Notes: generated from the letters alone by a model not told the origin. Counted from the stretch's first letter, positions 22,401 through 34,802 are shown. The stretch is 49,474 nucleotides of DNA from Octopus bimaculoides (GCF_001194135.2 NC_069003.1:4375739-4425212), one strand, 5' to 3'. A program made the numbers and translations.

Positions 22401-23294
22401 AGAGATTTTACATTCTTATTAATTTTCTCATCATCTTCAAATTCCAGTCCTATGTTGAGGTATGTTAATTCTGCGTTTCTGGGTTCTTGCGTGTGTGTTG
22501 GCGGGGGAGGAGTGATTTGCTTTCTTTCTTTTCTTGACGAGGTCATACTGACTCGTACGGAGTTATTCTCTTCAATCTGGGGCAGCAGCCATTGGTTGCT
22601 GTATCTCTCTTTTTGCTGACGTTGTAAAACAGCTGCTGGTTGAGCTGCCTGAGTGACACCATAAAAAAAAGAAGAAGAAGAAAACGACAGAAGCTGTATG
22701 CACTGAGTTTAATCCTATTTCTCATGCGTTCCTTCAAAGAAAGCGAAAGGGTAGAAGGAGGAGGTGGAGACAGAAAGTGACAGAAACGCACACAGACGGA
22801 CAGACAGTCAATACAACAGATTTTCCGGACGTTTGCAGTTGATGTTACGATACTACGGGATTTCGAATCCAGGATCTTAGTGTATGTGGAATGGATTTCC
22901 TGTATGGAACAAACAGATATCTTAAATATTATTATCGTATCATCACTGGTGCTACAGATGCATCTTGGGATATCATCTTGTTATAAGTGTAAAGAGGCGA
23001 CCGTCACATTCGTTTCGTGCGTGTGTCGAATATATGTAATTATGTATGCAAGAGTGAGGGTTTCGGTTCATATCTTGTTATCGGCAGCCTATGTTTACTA
23101 AGGACAACAGCACTAGACTAGGATCGATACAGGTTTAAAAACGAGAAGTAGCACACGGTATTTCGGTCCAGTGTATATGTTTATATTAATGCATGTGTGC
23201 ATATATGCATTTATACATTTGTGCATGCTTGTATATACACACGTATATAAAAACACATACACACGTATTTAAAGACAATTGTGTCTATATCCTT

Positions 23295-23329
<35 letters not shown>

Positions 23330-23911
23330 NNNNNNNNNNNNNNNNNNNNNNNNNNNNNNNNNNNNNNNNNNNNNNNNNNNNNNNNNNNNNNNNNNNNNNN
23401 NNNNNNNNNNNNNNNNNNNNNNNNNNNNNNNNNNNNNNNNNNNNNNNNNNNNNNNNNNNNNNNNNNNNNNNNNNNNNNNNNNNNNNNNNNNNNNNNNNNN
23501 NNNNNNNNNNNNNNNNNNNNNNNNNNNNNNNNNNNNNNNNNNNNNNNNNNNNNNNNNNNNNNNNNNNNNNNNNNNNNNNNNNNNNNNNNNNNNNNNNNNN
23601 NNNNNNNNNNNNNNNNNTATATATATATATATATATATATGCATACATGCATATACACATACACACACATATATATATATGCGTGTATGTATGTATGTAT
23701 TTACCCACACTCACACAGACTCACGTTCAGATTCATACGTATATGTGTGTGTGTGTGTGCGCGCGTATGTGTATGTGGGGGTGGGGGTAGAGAGTCAGTA
23801 CATGTATATTTATAAGTTTATACATACATGACTGCCAGTATTCATGTGTGAATATTGTTGCACGTATTCATACTTATACGTGTTACATATGTATAAACAC
23901 ACACACACATA

Positions 23912-24051
23912 CATTGCCTACCAAACCACATGATTCCGGGTTAGTCCCATTGCATGGCACCTTGGGCAAGTGTCTTCTACTATAGCCGCGGGCCCACCAA
24001 AGCCTTGTGAGTGGCTTTGGTAGACAGAAACGGGAAGAGGCTCGTCTTATA

Positions 24052-24083
<32 letters not shown>

Positions 24084-24305
24084 TATTTATGTTTATGTGT
24101 CTGTATGTGTGTTTGTCCTCCCCTCACAGCATGGCAACAGGTGTTGGTGTGCTTACGTCGCCGTAACCTAGCGGTTCGGTCAAATGAGAACCGATAGAAT
24201 AAGTACGAGGCTTCAGTAATAAGACCTGCCATCGATTTGTTCGACTAAAAAAAACCTTCAAGGCGCCGCTCCAGCATGGCCGCCATCAAATGACTGAAAC
24301 AGAAC
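23912..24305 (+). mobile_element. SINE family B, near full length with internal (TG)n, followed by a tandem ATAACAGAATAAAA tail to about 24390
   Basis: GGCACCTTGGGCAAGTGTCTTCTACTATAGCC..GCCTTGTGAGTGG..CGTAACCTAGCGGTTCGG..CCAGCATGGCCGCCATCAAATGACTGAAACA. Confidence 0.9.
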
Positions 24306-24462
24306 GTTAGGATAACAGAATAAAAATATAGCAGAATAAAAGTATAACAGAATAAAAGAATAACGGAACGAAAGAATAACAGAATATATATACACATACC
24401 AAAATAATTTTTTTCATATTTATATGTGTATATACGCGTCCGAGTGCGTATATATATATATA

Positions 24463-24497
<35 letters not shown>

Positions 24498-25847
24498 NNN
24501 NNNNNNNNNNNNNNNNNNNNNNNNNNNNNNNNNNNNNNNNNNNNNNNNNNNNNNNNNNNNNNNNNNNNNNNNNNNNNNNNNNNNNNNNNNNNNNNNNNNN
24601 NNNNNNNNNNNNNNNNNNNNNNNNNNNNNNNNNNNNNNNNNNNNNNNNNNNNNNNNNNNNNNNNNNNNNNNNNNNNNNNNNNNNNNNNNNNNNNNNNNNN
24701 NNNNNNNNNNNNNNNNNNNNNNNNNNNNNNNNNNNNNNNNNNNNNNNNNNNNNNNNNNNNNNNNNNNNNNNNNNNNNNNNNNNNNNNNNNNNNNNNNNNN
24801 NNNNNNNNNNNNNNNNNNNNNNNNNNNNNNNNNNNNNNNNNNNNNNNNNNNNNNNNNNNNNNNNNNNNNNNNNNNNNNNNNNNNNNNNNNNNNNNNNNNN
24901 NNNNNNNNNNNNNNNNNNNNNNNNNNNNNNNNNNNNNNNNNNNNNNNNNNNNNNNNNNNNNNNNNNNNNNNNNNNNNNNNNNNNNNNNNNNNNNNNNNNN
25001 NNNNNNNNNNNNNNNNNNNNNNNNNNNNNNNNNNNNNNNNNNNNNNNNNNNNNNNNNNNNNNNNNNNNNNNNNNNNNNNNNNNNNNNNNNNNNNNNNNNN
25101 NNNNNNNNNNNNNNNNNNNNNNNNNNNNNNNNNNNNNNNNNNNNNNNNNNNNNNNTATATATACATACATACACATACACATAATATTTCTATGCAGTTT
25201 TTAATGTATAATTATGAACATGCGGATATCTATGTTAACATATATGTATACATATATTCGTGTGTGTGTGTGTGTATGTATATATATATATATATATATA
25301 TTATACACAAGCCTCTCTCTCTCTCTTTCCCTCTATTTCTCTCTCTCCTTCTCATCCATCTCTTTCTCTCCCTCTCTATCTCTATCATTATCTATCTCTG
25401 TCTGTATCTTTCTCTTCCTAATACAACGACCGCCACCACCTCCATCGCCGGCATGAACGACGGTGATATTGACAAAGTGACGTCATCGACAGCCATGATA
25501 GTATGTTAAGTACTTCTTAACGGACACTGAGAGACCTCTTGTGTATGCCTGTGTACATCTCGCCGATGCACTGAATGCTGTATGCATATACAATAAAGTA
25601 TGTATGTGTACCTGTGTGCGTGTGTGTGCGTGCTTCAGCGTGTATATGTACGTATGAGTGTGTATGCGTGTATGTGCATGTATGCGTTGCAATAATCTAT
25701 CTTCGAAGTGTGTGTGTGTGTTTGTGTGCATGAGTGTGTCTGTGCGAGGATAGTATGTTGCTTATAAATGGGGGGTGCGATTGCAATCGTGTATTAATGC
25801 ATGACATTTCAAAGGTACGCTTGTAGAATGTAATATAAGTAAACATT

Positions 25848-25912
25848 CTACAAGTGAGGCGGTGCTCCAGCATGGCCGCAGTCAAATGACTGAAGGAAGT
25901 GAAAGGTTAAAA
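25848..25912 (+). mobile_element. SINE family B 3' terminus
   Basis: AGGCGGTGCTCCAGCATGGCCGCAGTCAAATGACTGAA. Confidence 0.8.
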
Positions 25913-25970
25913 TGAAACCAATGTATGTTTACTCAGGCATGAGTATGTATATCTGTATATCGATACAACA

Positions 25971-26017
<47 letters not shown>

Positions 26018-26110
26018 ATATAATATAGGATAAAATCTTTATAAGAATTTATCAAGTAGTCAGCGTGAAAAAATCTCATAAGGAAAAAAACCCATCGTTT
26101 TTTCCCGTAA

Positions 26111-26322
26111 ATATATATAATTTATATAAGGGCATTACTATATAATAATGCCTCACGCTTAGAGGGACTAAATAAGTCAAAACTACCAAAAATAAGCACA
26201 TATTTACCGAAAGCGAGGGAATGCAATTTTTCAAAGCTTATTTTTGGTAGTTTTGACTTATTTAGTCCCTCTAAGCGTGAGGCGTTCTTATATAGTAATG
26301 CCCTTATATAAATTATATATAT
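26111..26322. mobile_element. Foldback/MITE-like element: 87-bp inverted arms (2 mismatches), 38-bp spacer, in (TA)n
   Basis: 26111-26197 is the reverse complement of 26236-26322. Confidence 0.85.
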
Positions 26323-26355
26323 ATATATATACATACAAAGAGAGAGAGAGAGAGA

Positions 26356-26397
<42 letters not shown>

Positions 26398-27429
26398 CAC
26401 ATGTAATATATGATATATGTATCTATACATGTATGTATGTGTGTATGTATGTATGCATGCGTGTGTGTTTCTGTACACACGCATGAACACAAGCGTATTT
26501 ATTCGCGTGTGTATATATAAATATTAATGTATGTGTATACGTACATATATTTCTTTGTGTGTGTGTGTGTGTGTGTCTTTGTATTTACATATATTTATAC
26601 AACATATATGTAGCATGTATATATATGTATATAGTGACATATATTATACGGGTAGTATGTTTAAGTTGTCTAAAACTGTACGCACATGAATGTGAATCAT
26701 GAATATATATATACACACGCACTCACACACCGAATCGATCTCAAACATTCGAAAGTACATGTATATACATACAAATATATACGTATATATATATATATAC
26801 GTATATCTGTGTTTTGCATTGGTTGCATCGTATGAAGTATATAATCCATTTATTATCATAGTCTCAACATAACATAGTCACATAATAGACGAAGAGTTTT
26901 TTTTTTGTGTTTTTTTTTTAGGCTGCATAAATAATAAAATCTATTTAAAATAGAACCAACTCCGTCTCAAAGCTATTCTATCACCAAATATATTAACTAC
27001 GGAGGAATTATTTCTATTAAAAATAAATTTTTTTAGGGATGAAATACATAGAAAATATTGCGAATGAGAGGCGAGAAACGGTGTAGAACCAGCGATATTG
27101 CTTTTGTTTATACGTTAGCGTTATATATATATATAGGCTCCATTATGCGTGTGTTTAGCGATATATTTCGTGATATACTGGAGAAATATATTTATTCGTT
27201 CGGAGCGAAGGAATCGGGATTTTTTTTTTCCGTGGTACACGTTCATCGACGAATAAGCGGTGTGTCTGTGTGTTTGCGATTGTGCGTGCGTGTNNNNNNN
27301 NNNNNNNNNNNNNNNNNNNNNNNNNNNNNNNNNNNNNNNNNNNNNNNNNNNNNNNNNNNNNNNNNNNNNNNTGGATATATGAATTCATGTGTATAATTAT
27401 GTATGTATGTTTTTCTTAATAAATATATG

Positions 27430-27740
<311 letters not shown>

Positions 27741-28009
27741 ATTTTTGTGTGGGCGCGCGAGTAGTGTATGTACGTACGTATGTATACATGCATGGAAAGA
27801 CAATAATGTATAATACAATTTGCATTTACGTTCATGTGAGTGTGTTTGTGTGTGTGTATGTGTGCGCACGCACGAGTTTTGTATCTATATCTGTTTGCAC
27901 ATGTATACTCATAAGCGTGTGTGTGTGTGAGTATGTATATGTGCGTTTGTCTACATGTGTATGCATATACGTACTTATACACATGTGGTTATCTGTATAA
28001 ATATATAGA

Positions 28010-28165
28010 CAAACAGACGGACAGTCTGACAGACAGACAGACTGAAAAACAGACAGAAAGATACAGAGACACAGACAGACAGAGGGACAGACTGTGAGAT
28101 AGACAGAGATCACTAGATCGATCGATCGATCGATCGATAGATAGATAGATAGACAGATAGGTAGA
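28010..28165. repeat. Graded tetranucleotide array (GACA)n to (GATC)n to (GATA)n
   Basis: Direct. Confidence 0.9.
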
Positions 28166-28869
28166 TAAATATGCACACACGCACAAGCCCACTCGCGCAC
28201 AGGAAACGGGTGTGTGTATGATTTGTGCATGAGCGAGTGTCTGGGTGTGCACATGAATATTACAGTGGATCTCCGTCGATAGACGACGACGATTCAGTTT
28301 ACGAGCATGTGTATGTCCTCTTTCCGATTTCCCGTATAAATCCGGAAGCGTACAACAGTCACGTGTTTCCTCATTGTAGCGGAATCAGCATCACTGGTCG
28401 CATCCTCGGAATTATAAGTACAATCCAGTCATTGAGATTCCATGCAGTTTCCCTTTACTTATATTCTACTTGCTAGATGTCTCCTGCCACAAATGGGATC
28501 GAACATAGGATATCGTACCCCTGAGGGGGACTTTTATGCATTTGGTCATGCTGCACATACCACACACACACACACACACACATATATACGCACAAAACAA
28601 CAGACATTCATACATGTCAGTGTGTGAGCGTGCGTGTGGGTGGGTGTGTCGGTATACCTACGTAGCTACATGTATACGCGAATGTATCTATCTATCTATC
28701 CATCTATATCTATCTATATATAGAGAGAGAGAAAGATAGATATATACGTACACATACACACATATATACACACATATACACACACACATATATATACGTA
28801 CATATGTACGGAATTATATGTATGTATTCTCGTGCATATAATTGCATATCTAGACATGCTCATATATAT

Positions 28870-28962
28870 TTAAATGATAAACTTATAGAAAGTTTTACAG
28901 ATTTTTAGAGTTCCAATGATGGATGAGATCTGTAGTCTTCGAACTAGTTTTTTTATGTTTGT
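28870..28962 (-). mobile_element. R4/Dong-clade ORF extreme C-terminus
   Basis: HTNIKKLVRRLQISSIIGTLKICKTFYKFII* (cf. LIRKLQxxSIxGTVKICKTFLKF). Confidence 0.65.
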
Positions 28963-29655
28963 ATGAAGTGGGGTGGACATCTGGTGAGAATGAATGATGA
29001 AAGACTTCCTAGGCAACTTCTGTATAGTGAGCTGGGAGATGGAAGGAGGCCAGGACATAAACCCAAAATGAGGATCAAGGACTGCCTCAGAATTGCTCTG
29101 ACATAGATAGGAGTTTCAGTTGTTAATTGTGAGAGGGAGACACACGACAGAAATGGATAGAGGAAAAGAGCACACGGTGACTGCTCGAAATTTGAAAGAG
29201 AGAATGAAGCATGAGAAGACCAAGAGAGGATTTAGAAAGAATGAACCCGTAAAAAAATGAAGGAGTGTCGCGCTTTTTACGTGTACGATATGCGGGAGGA
29301 AATGCTTGAGTCATGCAGGCTTGGTCAGCTATCAGAGAACTCACAGGAATCAACCCCTTGTAAATTGTGATATGGCCATTGCTCACAACATAACATGTGC
29401 AACCAATGTAAAGCTGTGTCTTTCAGTTGGAGGATTGAAAAGGTATATCAAAGGACTTACTACTGTGGCACCTGTTCCGTCTGCCAGCCAGTACAGCTGC
29501 GCATTATGCTATAGAGTGTGCAAATCTTTGGCGAGGCTCAAGAGTCATACAAGGGACTCACATTCCATCACTGATTCTTTCCAGCAATGGATTTGCTCGT
29601 ATACAAGAACGCAGCAACTTTGTTTGTATGTATGTATGTATGTATGTATGTATGC
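28963..29655 (+). mobile_element. 5'-truncated RTE-clade LINE: RT C-terminal region, three C2H2 fingers, (TATG)n tail
   Basis: KWGGHLVRMNDERLPRQLLYSELGDGRRPGHKPKMRIKDCLR (typical RTE WAGHVVRMxDxRLPKQLLYGEL..RYKDCLK). Stops at 29104 and 29158, then a frameshift. Fingers start at 29282, about 29398 and 29498. Confidence 0.85.
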
Positions 29656-29855
29656 ACTTATGTACCAAAATTTAATATTTATTATTCTCCTGCGTTCATC
29701 CGCTGCCCTCTGACAAGATTTCAATTCCTTGCTGCATGCTATCCGGAAGATAATGTTTCTAACAAGAAGCCTTGATAGTTGCCCTCCGGCCAGATCTCAC
29801 ACACACACGCACACGCACACACACATATATATATATGTTTTTCATTTAAAGCTGC

Positions 29856-29941
29856 TGTTACTGAGAGTTTCATCTTCCCGTTCGTCGGACAGTATTTATC
29901 ACAAGTCTCCGACTAACGGAAACATGAAACTTTGAGTAACA
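29856..29941. ncRNA. Inverted pair of degenerate minimal hammerhead-like motifs (family 3, CCGACGA core) forming a 34-bp hairpin
   Basis: Arms 29856-29889 and 29908-29941 (5 mismatches). Minus: CTGT-CCGACGA-ACGGGAAGAT-GAAA-CTC-T-CAGT-A-ACAG. Plus: GTCT-CCGACTA-ACGGAAACAT-GAAA-CTT-T-GAGT-A-ACA. Confidence 0.45.
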
Positions 29942-30057
29942 TTTCTGTGTTAATTTTGCGGCTTTAATAAAAAGTACATTAGGTTACCTTTTGTATTCGA
30001 GTACTATTCTCTACCACCTTGTTTTGCACATATGTGCTCACCTGTGTGTGTGTGTGT

Positions 30058-30100
<43 letters not shown>

Positions 30101-30214
30101 GGGACAAAATCCAAAATTACAGGTAAAAACTCAATTAAAATCAATTTATAAAAAATTAAAATTAAATTGAGCTTTATAGATAAAATATATATAAAATATA
30201 TAGTTTTAGGGAAA

Positions 30215-30259
<45 letters not shown>

Positions 30260-30352
30260 CAAACATATTTGTGTGTGTATACGTATATATACATTCATAT
30301 AAAGAGTTAGTCTCTCAAACACACACACACACACACCATGACATATATGTCT

Positions 30353-30568
30353 AAGGCGGCGAGCTGGCAGAATTGTTAGCACGCCGGGAAAAAAAAGCTC
30401 AACGGTATTTCGTCCGTCCTTACGTTCCGAGTTCAAATTCCGCCTAGGTCAACTTTACCTTTCGTACCTGCAGGGTCGACAAAATGACTATCAGTTGAAG
30501 ACCGGATTCAGTGTAATCCAATTACCCCATCCCTCAAAACTGCTGCCCTTATGTCAAAATACAAAACC
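30353..30568 (+). mobile_element. SINE family A, full length, diverged 3' half
   Basis: AAGGCGGCGAGCTGGCAGAATTGTTAGCACGCCGGG..GAGTTCAAATTCCGCCTAGGTCAAC. Confidence 0.88.
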
Positions 30569-32133
30569 ATTAATGTGTCCCTCTTAACATGTCTGTGCCA
30601 ATGGTTCGAATTCAGTTCCTGGATTTTTATACACTTGGTGCCTTTAGCACGCTATTTTCGATTCAGTCATAGTTAGGCCAAACCCACTGCACCACGGATG
30701 CGGCAACGCAAAAGTTAGAGTTTGGGTCCTTTATAACTCCAAACGTAATCACCAGCAATCTTGAAGAAAATGTGCGTGTCACTGTGGCTTCCATTTTCTA
30801 ACGAAGCCATAATAAATGTATGTATGTATGTATGTATGTATGTATGTATATATACATACATACATGCATATATATATATANNNNNNNNNNNNNNNNNNNN
30901 NNNNNNNNNNNNNNNNNNNNNNNNNNNNNNNNNNNNNNNNNNNNNNNNNNNNNNNNNNNNNNNNNNNNNNNNNNNNNNNNNNNNNNNNNNNNNNNNNNNN
31001 NNNNNNNNNNNNNNNNNNNNNNNNNNNNNNNNNNNNNNNNNNNNNNNNNNNNNNNNNNNNNNNNNNNNNNNNNNNNNNNNNNNNNNNNNNNNNNNNNNNN
31101 NNNNNNNNNNNNNNNNNNNNNNNNNNNNNNNNNNNNNNNNNNNNNNNNNNNNNNNNNNNNNNNNNNNNNNNNNNNNNNNNNNNNNNNNNNNNNNNNNNNN
31201 NNNNNNATATATATATATATATATATATAAGTACATATGCATATACATACACACATATATATATATATATATGTATGTATACACATATATATATAATCAT
31301 GTAGTGCTGGAAATTCGGTTACTCTTTATCTTAATTCATATTATTTTCCCTATTTTTTTATTACAGATATTTTTGTATTTTTGTTTCTTAGTAGTTAGAC
31401 CATAATGTTCGGTTTTGGAACAATACATTTCCGAGGTCCATCGACTTTTCCAGACCTTCTTGGTCTTCATCTTCTGCTTGGAATAATATTAGTACTGGTC
31501 GTTATCGCTGTTAAGGCTACTCGAAAACAAGCAACAACAACAAAAATAACATTAAAAAAAACTAAAATAAATGCATACGAAACAATAATAATAATAATAA
31601 TAATAATAATTAATAATAATAATAGTGATCTGAAAAGGAAAAAGATATTTTTCCAGACAAGAATCATGGGTACGATGGTTGCCTATGCCTTCTTTCTGAT
31701 TGGTTAGTTTACAGCTGACTTTAAATATTCTTGACCATTGACATCAAGATGCATTCAGTAATCTGTACGATCTTACGCCATCTTGTCTGCTGTCCGTTTG
31801 TTGCTAGGTGGTGCTATTCGTTGAAGTTTAGGTTTTTCTTGTATATTTTTCTTGCTCTTAGTATAATGTCTTACATGACCAAATTTCTTATGTTTTGTTT
31901 GTTTGTTGTTGGTCGTTTTTCGTTAGACTTTCGTTGGGTAGGCAAGAGGTGTACGTTAAAAGATTCGGGTAGGAAGAGAAGAGACAAGCAGCACTGTTTG
32001 CTAAGGCGAATATCTAGCATTGTGTTGTGTCCGCTGTGTAACTTAACGTGTTGTATTGGCACCAAGAAATTGTTCAGCAGATAGTTACGGTTGAAACGCA
32101 GTGAAGTCGTGTGTTCAAGAATTGGCATATATA

Positions 32134-32218
32134 TTCTTTTATTCTTTTATTTGTTTCAATCATTTGGCTGTGGCCATACTGGAGCACCGACTTTAGTCGA
32201 GCAAGGTTGGGGGGACAA

Positions 32219-32276
<58 letters not shown>

Positions 32277-32370
32277 GACGGGCTTTTTTCAGTTTCCGCC
32301 AACCAAATCTACTCACAGCACTTTGGTTGGCCCGGGGCTATAGTAGATAACACTTGCCTAAGGTCGCAAG
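32134..32370 (-). mobile_element. SINE family B, internally deleted
   Basis: TTTCAATCATTTGGCTGTGGCCATACTGGAGCACC..CAGTTTCCGCCAACCAAATCTACTCACA..GGCTATAGTAGA. Confidence 0.85.
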
Positions 32371-33034
32371 GTACTTACCGCTCAGCCACTCCTATATATG
32401 CAAGCATAACATGACACACGTGCCATTACAATGAACGATTGACTAGAATCAAATAGGGAGGGAAAGAAACAGAAAGAGAGAGAGAAGGAGAAACACAGAC
32501 AGACAGATAGACTGACAGACAAACATTCGCGAATTATTAAATTCCTTGGAACACGAAAAAAGTAAATGGGAATTGAATTTTTTTGAGAGAATAATTACAT
32601 ATAATAATATTGTTCCAGTTTCCAAAATTCCATTCCGTTTAGTTTTATGCCGATATCTGATAGCTCCTTTGCATTTTCCCTTTTGCAGATAACGGCAGAA
32701 ATGTGGTTTTAGGTCATTATGGCCGCTATTTCTAGCATGTCAGGTTCCGACTACGTTGTATGCCATTCTCCGGGTTCTTGGCCACATATTTTAGGGATAT
32801 TTTGGATGTATAATGCGGCGTCTAACTTACTTTGACCTTAGGCTTTTTCTTGATAATTCCCCTTCAGCAGATAAGTCTGTGCAGGTGATTGGATGAATTT
32901 AGGGACCAATCTCACTTAAGATTAATTAGTACCTTCTCGTTGGATATAATTCCGAAAGCGTTAAGAGAAGACAAGATCAATCTGTGTCAGACATGAACTC
33001 TTGTTTACAGAGGTTAAATTAAATAAGGTATGTA

Positions 33035-33243
33035 CAGGGTATCCACAAGGTCTGGGTAGATGGAGTAGATAAAATCATAACATAAACAATTAAATATAAG
33101 AAATAATAATCTCTTAAAGTATGTGTAAATCCCCATGTGGGTACATGGAGTAAATAAAATCATATCATAAACAGTTAAATATAAGAAATAATTTCTTAAA
33201 GTATGTGTTAATCCCCATGTACCCAGACTTTGTGGACACCCTG
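33035..33243. mobile_element. Tc1/mariner-type MITE (24-bp TIRs, TA target-site duplication) with internal tandem duplication
   Basis: TA|CAGGGTATCCACAAGGTCTGGGTA...TACCCAGACTTTGTGGACACCCTG|TA (2 mismatches). Units 33054-33138 and 33139-33220. Confidence 0.88.
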
Positions 33244-34802
33244 TATATTACTGACTCAGAATGAAGTTCATGGGTATTGTATAAAAAGGGAAGAGGTCAT
33301 TTCTGGACCTTTTCTTAATAGACATTGTCTCCTAAAAACACTCACCCAATTAGAAACGGCTAGAAACTCCTCATCGGGCACGCAAACTAATTTTGTTTTA
33401 CGAATTAATTAGAGGATAAATTGAAGCAATTATCCTCTAATTGTTTCACGAGTAACAGTTAACATGTGGCTACTGCTACATGACCGCAGGTTTCAACATC
33501 TCTTAGGACGTGTGGTGGTAGTGATGGTGGTCGTGGTCGTCGTCGTCATCGGCGTCGTTGTTGTTGTTGTTGTTTAGGCCCACCGTGTCTACGAACATTG
33601 AACAGTTTAATGATTAAAGGGTTTCTTTAACATTGGTCAGCTCATCCTTTTGCATATGTACAACTGCTTTGGTCAATATGTCCTTCACTTTTTAAGACTC
33701 TATGAAATGATTTAATGGAAATCTGGCTAAAGTTTTGGTGGCCAAGCGGAAATGTCTAGAATATCCCCTTGATTCACACTATGGCTATCTTCGTCAGCTA
33801 CATCCCTTTCCAACCCAGGCTGTTGAATAGTAGTCTGTAACTTGGAGTGAAACAAATCAGTTTCTATCGCCATTTGCGGAGTTGCAAATGGTGATGCGTC
33901 CAGTACAGCTTTGAAAACATTAATCACCACAAACTACTGTTACCATGTAGGTTGTGCCGTATCCACTGTTGTCACATTGTTTGCCCCTCCAGAACGTCAA
34001 AACAGAAACCCGTCATATGACTTTAAAAGCTACAGTTGGAACATCTCTGCTTTCCGTCATTAAGCTTTAAAAATCGCTCTATGGTTTTCGGCGGTCATTA
34101 TTACGGGTTTTCGATATCGTTTCGTGTCATTTCATTTTTCAGTTCTTTCCGAAAGCGTATCATAAATGTACCAAGGACTACCGTTATCTACAATGTCGTT
34201 CTTTTTGAGCCCCGTGTTGCATTGGCCAACGTATTATATCACATGATTATAGATAGATCTACAACGCCTCAACATTGTCTGCTTCCTGCCTCCATCTTGT
34301 AGGCTCTACCGTGACCATCAGAAGAAACACCACGGTACATGTCCGCAAGGATAACTGTTAGCTGTCTCTGTTTGGAGAGGATTCTGAGATGTCGGCTGCT
34401 TCAAGAGACGCTGAGATATACATCCTCCATTTTGCAACCCCTGGATTTAATCTAAAGGCAGCGTGGCTTCTTCTTTGGTCATATATCTTCGCAAAGTATA
34501 TTTTGATCTAGGTCACGCATACAAAATTCTTCTTACTGGCTAGGGGCCTTAGCCAAAGTGTTTGTTAATGCCGTCACTTTTGCTCAAAACAACTTTTGTT
34601 TTGTTTTTCTTTTGTGTGGTGGGATTTCGTTCACATTTCGCTCGCGTCTTCAATTGATAACACAGACATCATCGTCATCATCATCATCAATATCATCAAC
34701 ATTATCATCATCAGCAGCAGCACCATCAATATCATTATTATTGTTGTTATTGCTTCTGCTGCTATCATTGTGCTTTCGTTTTCGTGATTATCCATAACAA
34801 CT

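Noticed and set aside
30715-30800. Hemopexin-like string THIFFKIAGDYVWSYKGPKL
   Set aside because: Single short motif ending in a stop, with no donor and no further repeats.
31388-31473. Possible terminal exon EDEDQEGLEKSMDLGNVLFQNRTLWSNY* followed by AATAAA
   Set aside because: Weak acceptor tract, phase incompatible with the 32831 candidate, no recognisable homology.
31720-32125. Possible Penelope GIY-YIG remnant
   Set aside because: Only vague similarity on manual translation.
33727-33930. Complex-looking 67-aa minus-strand ORF
   Set aside because: No recognisable homology or clear splice sites. Cannot be distinguished from chance.
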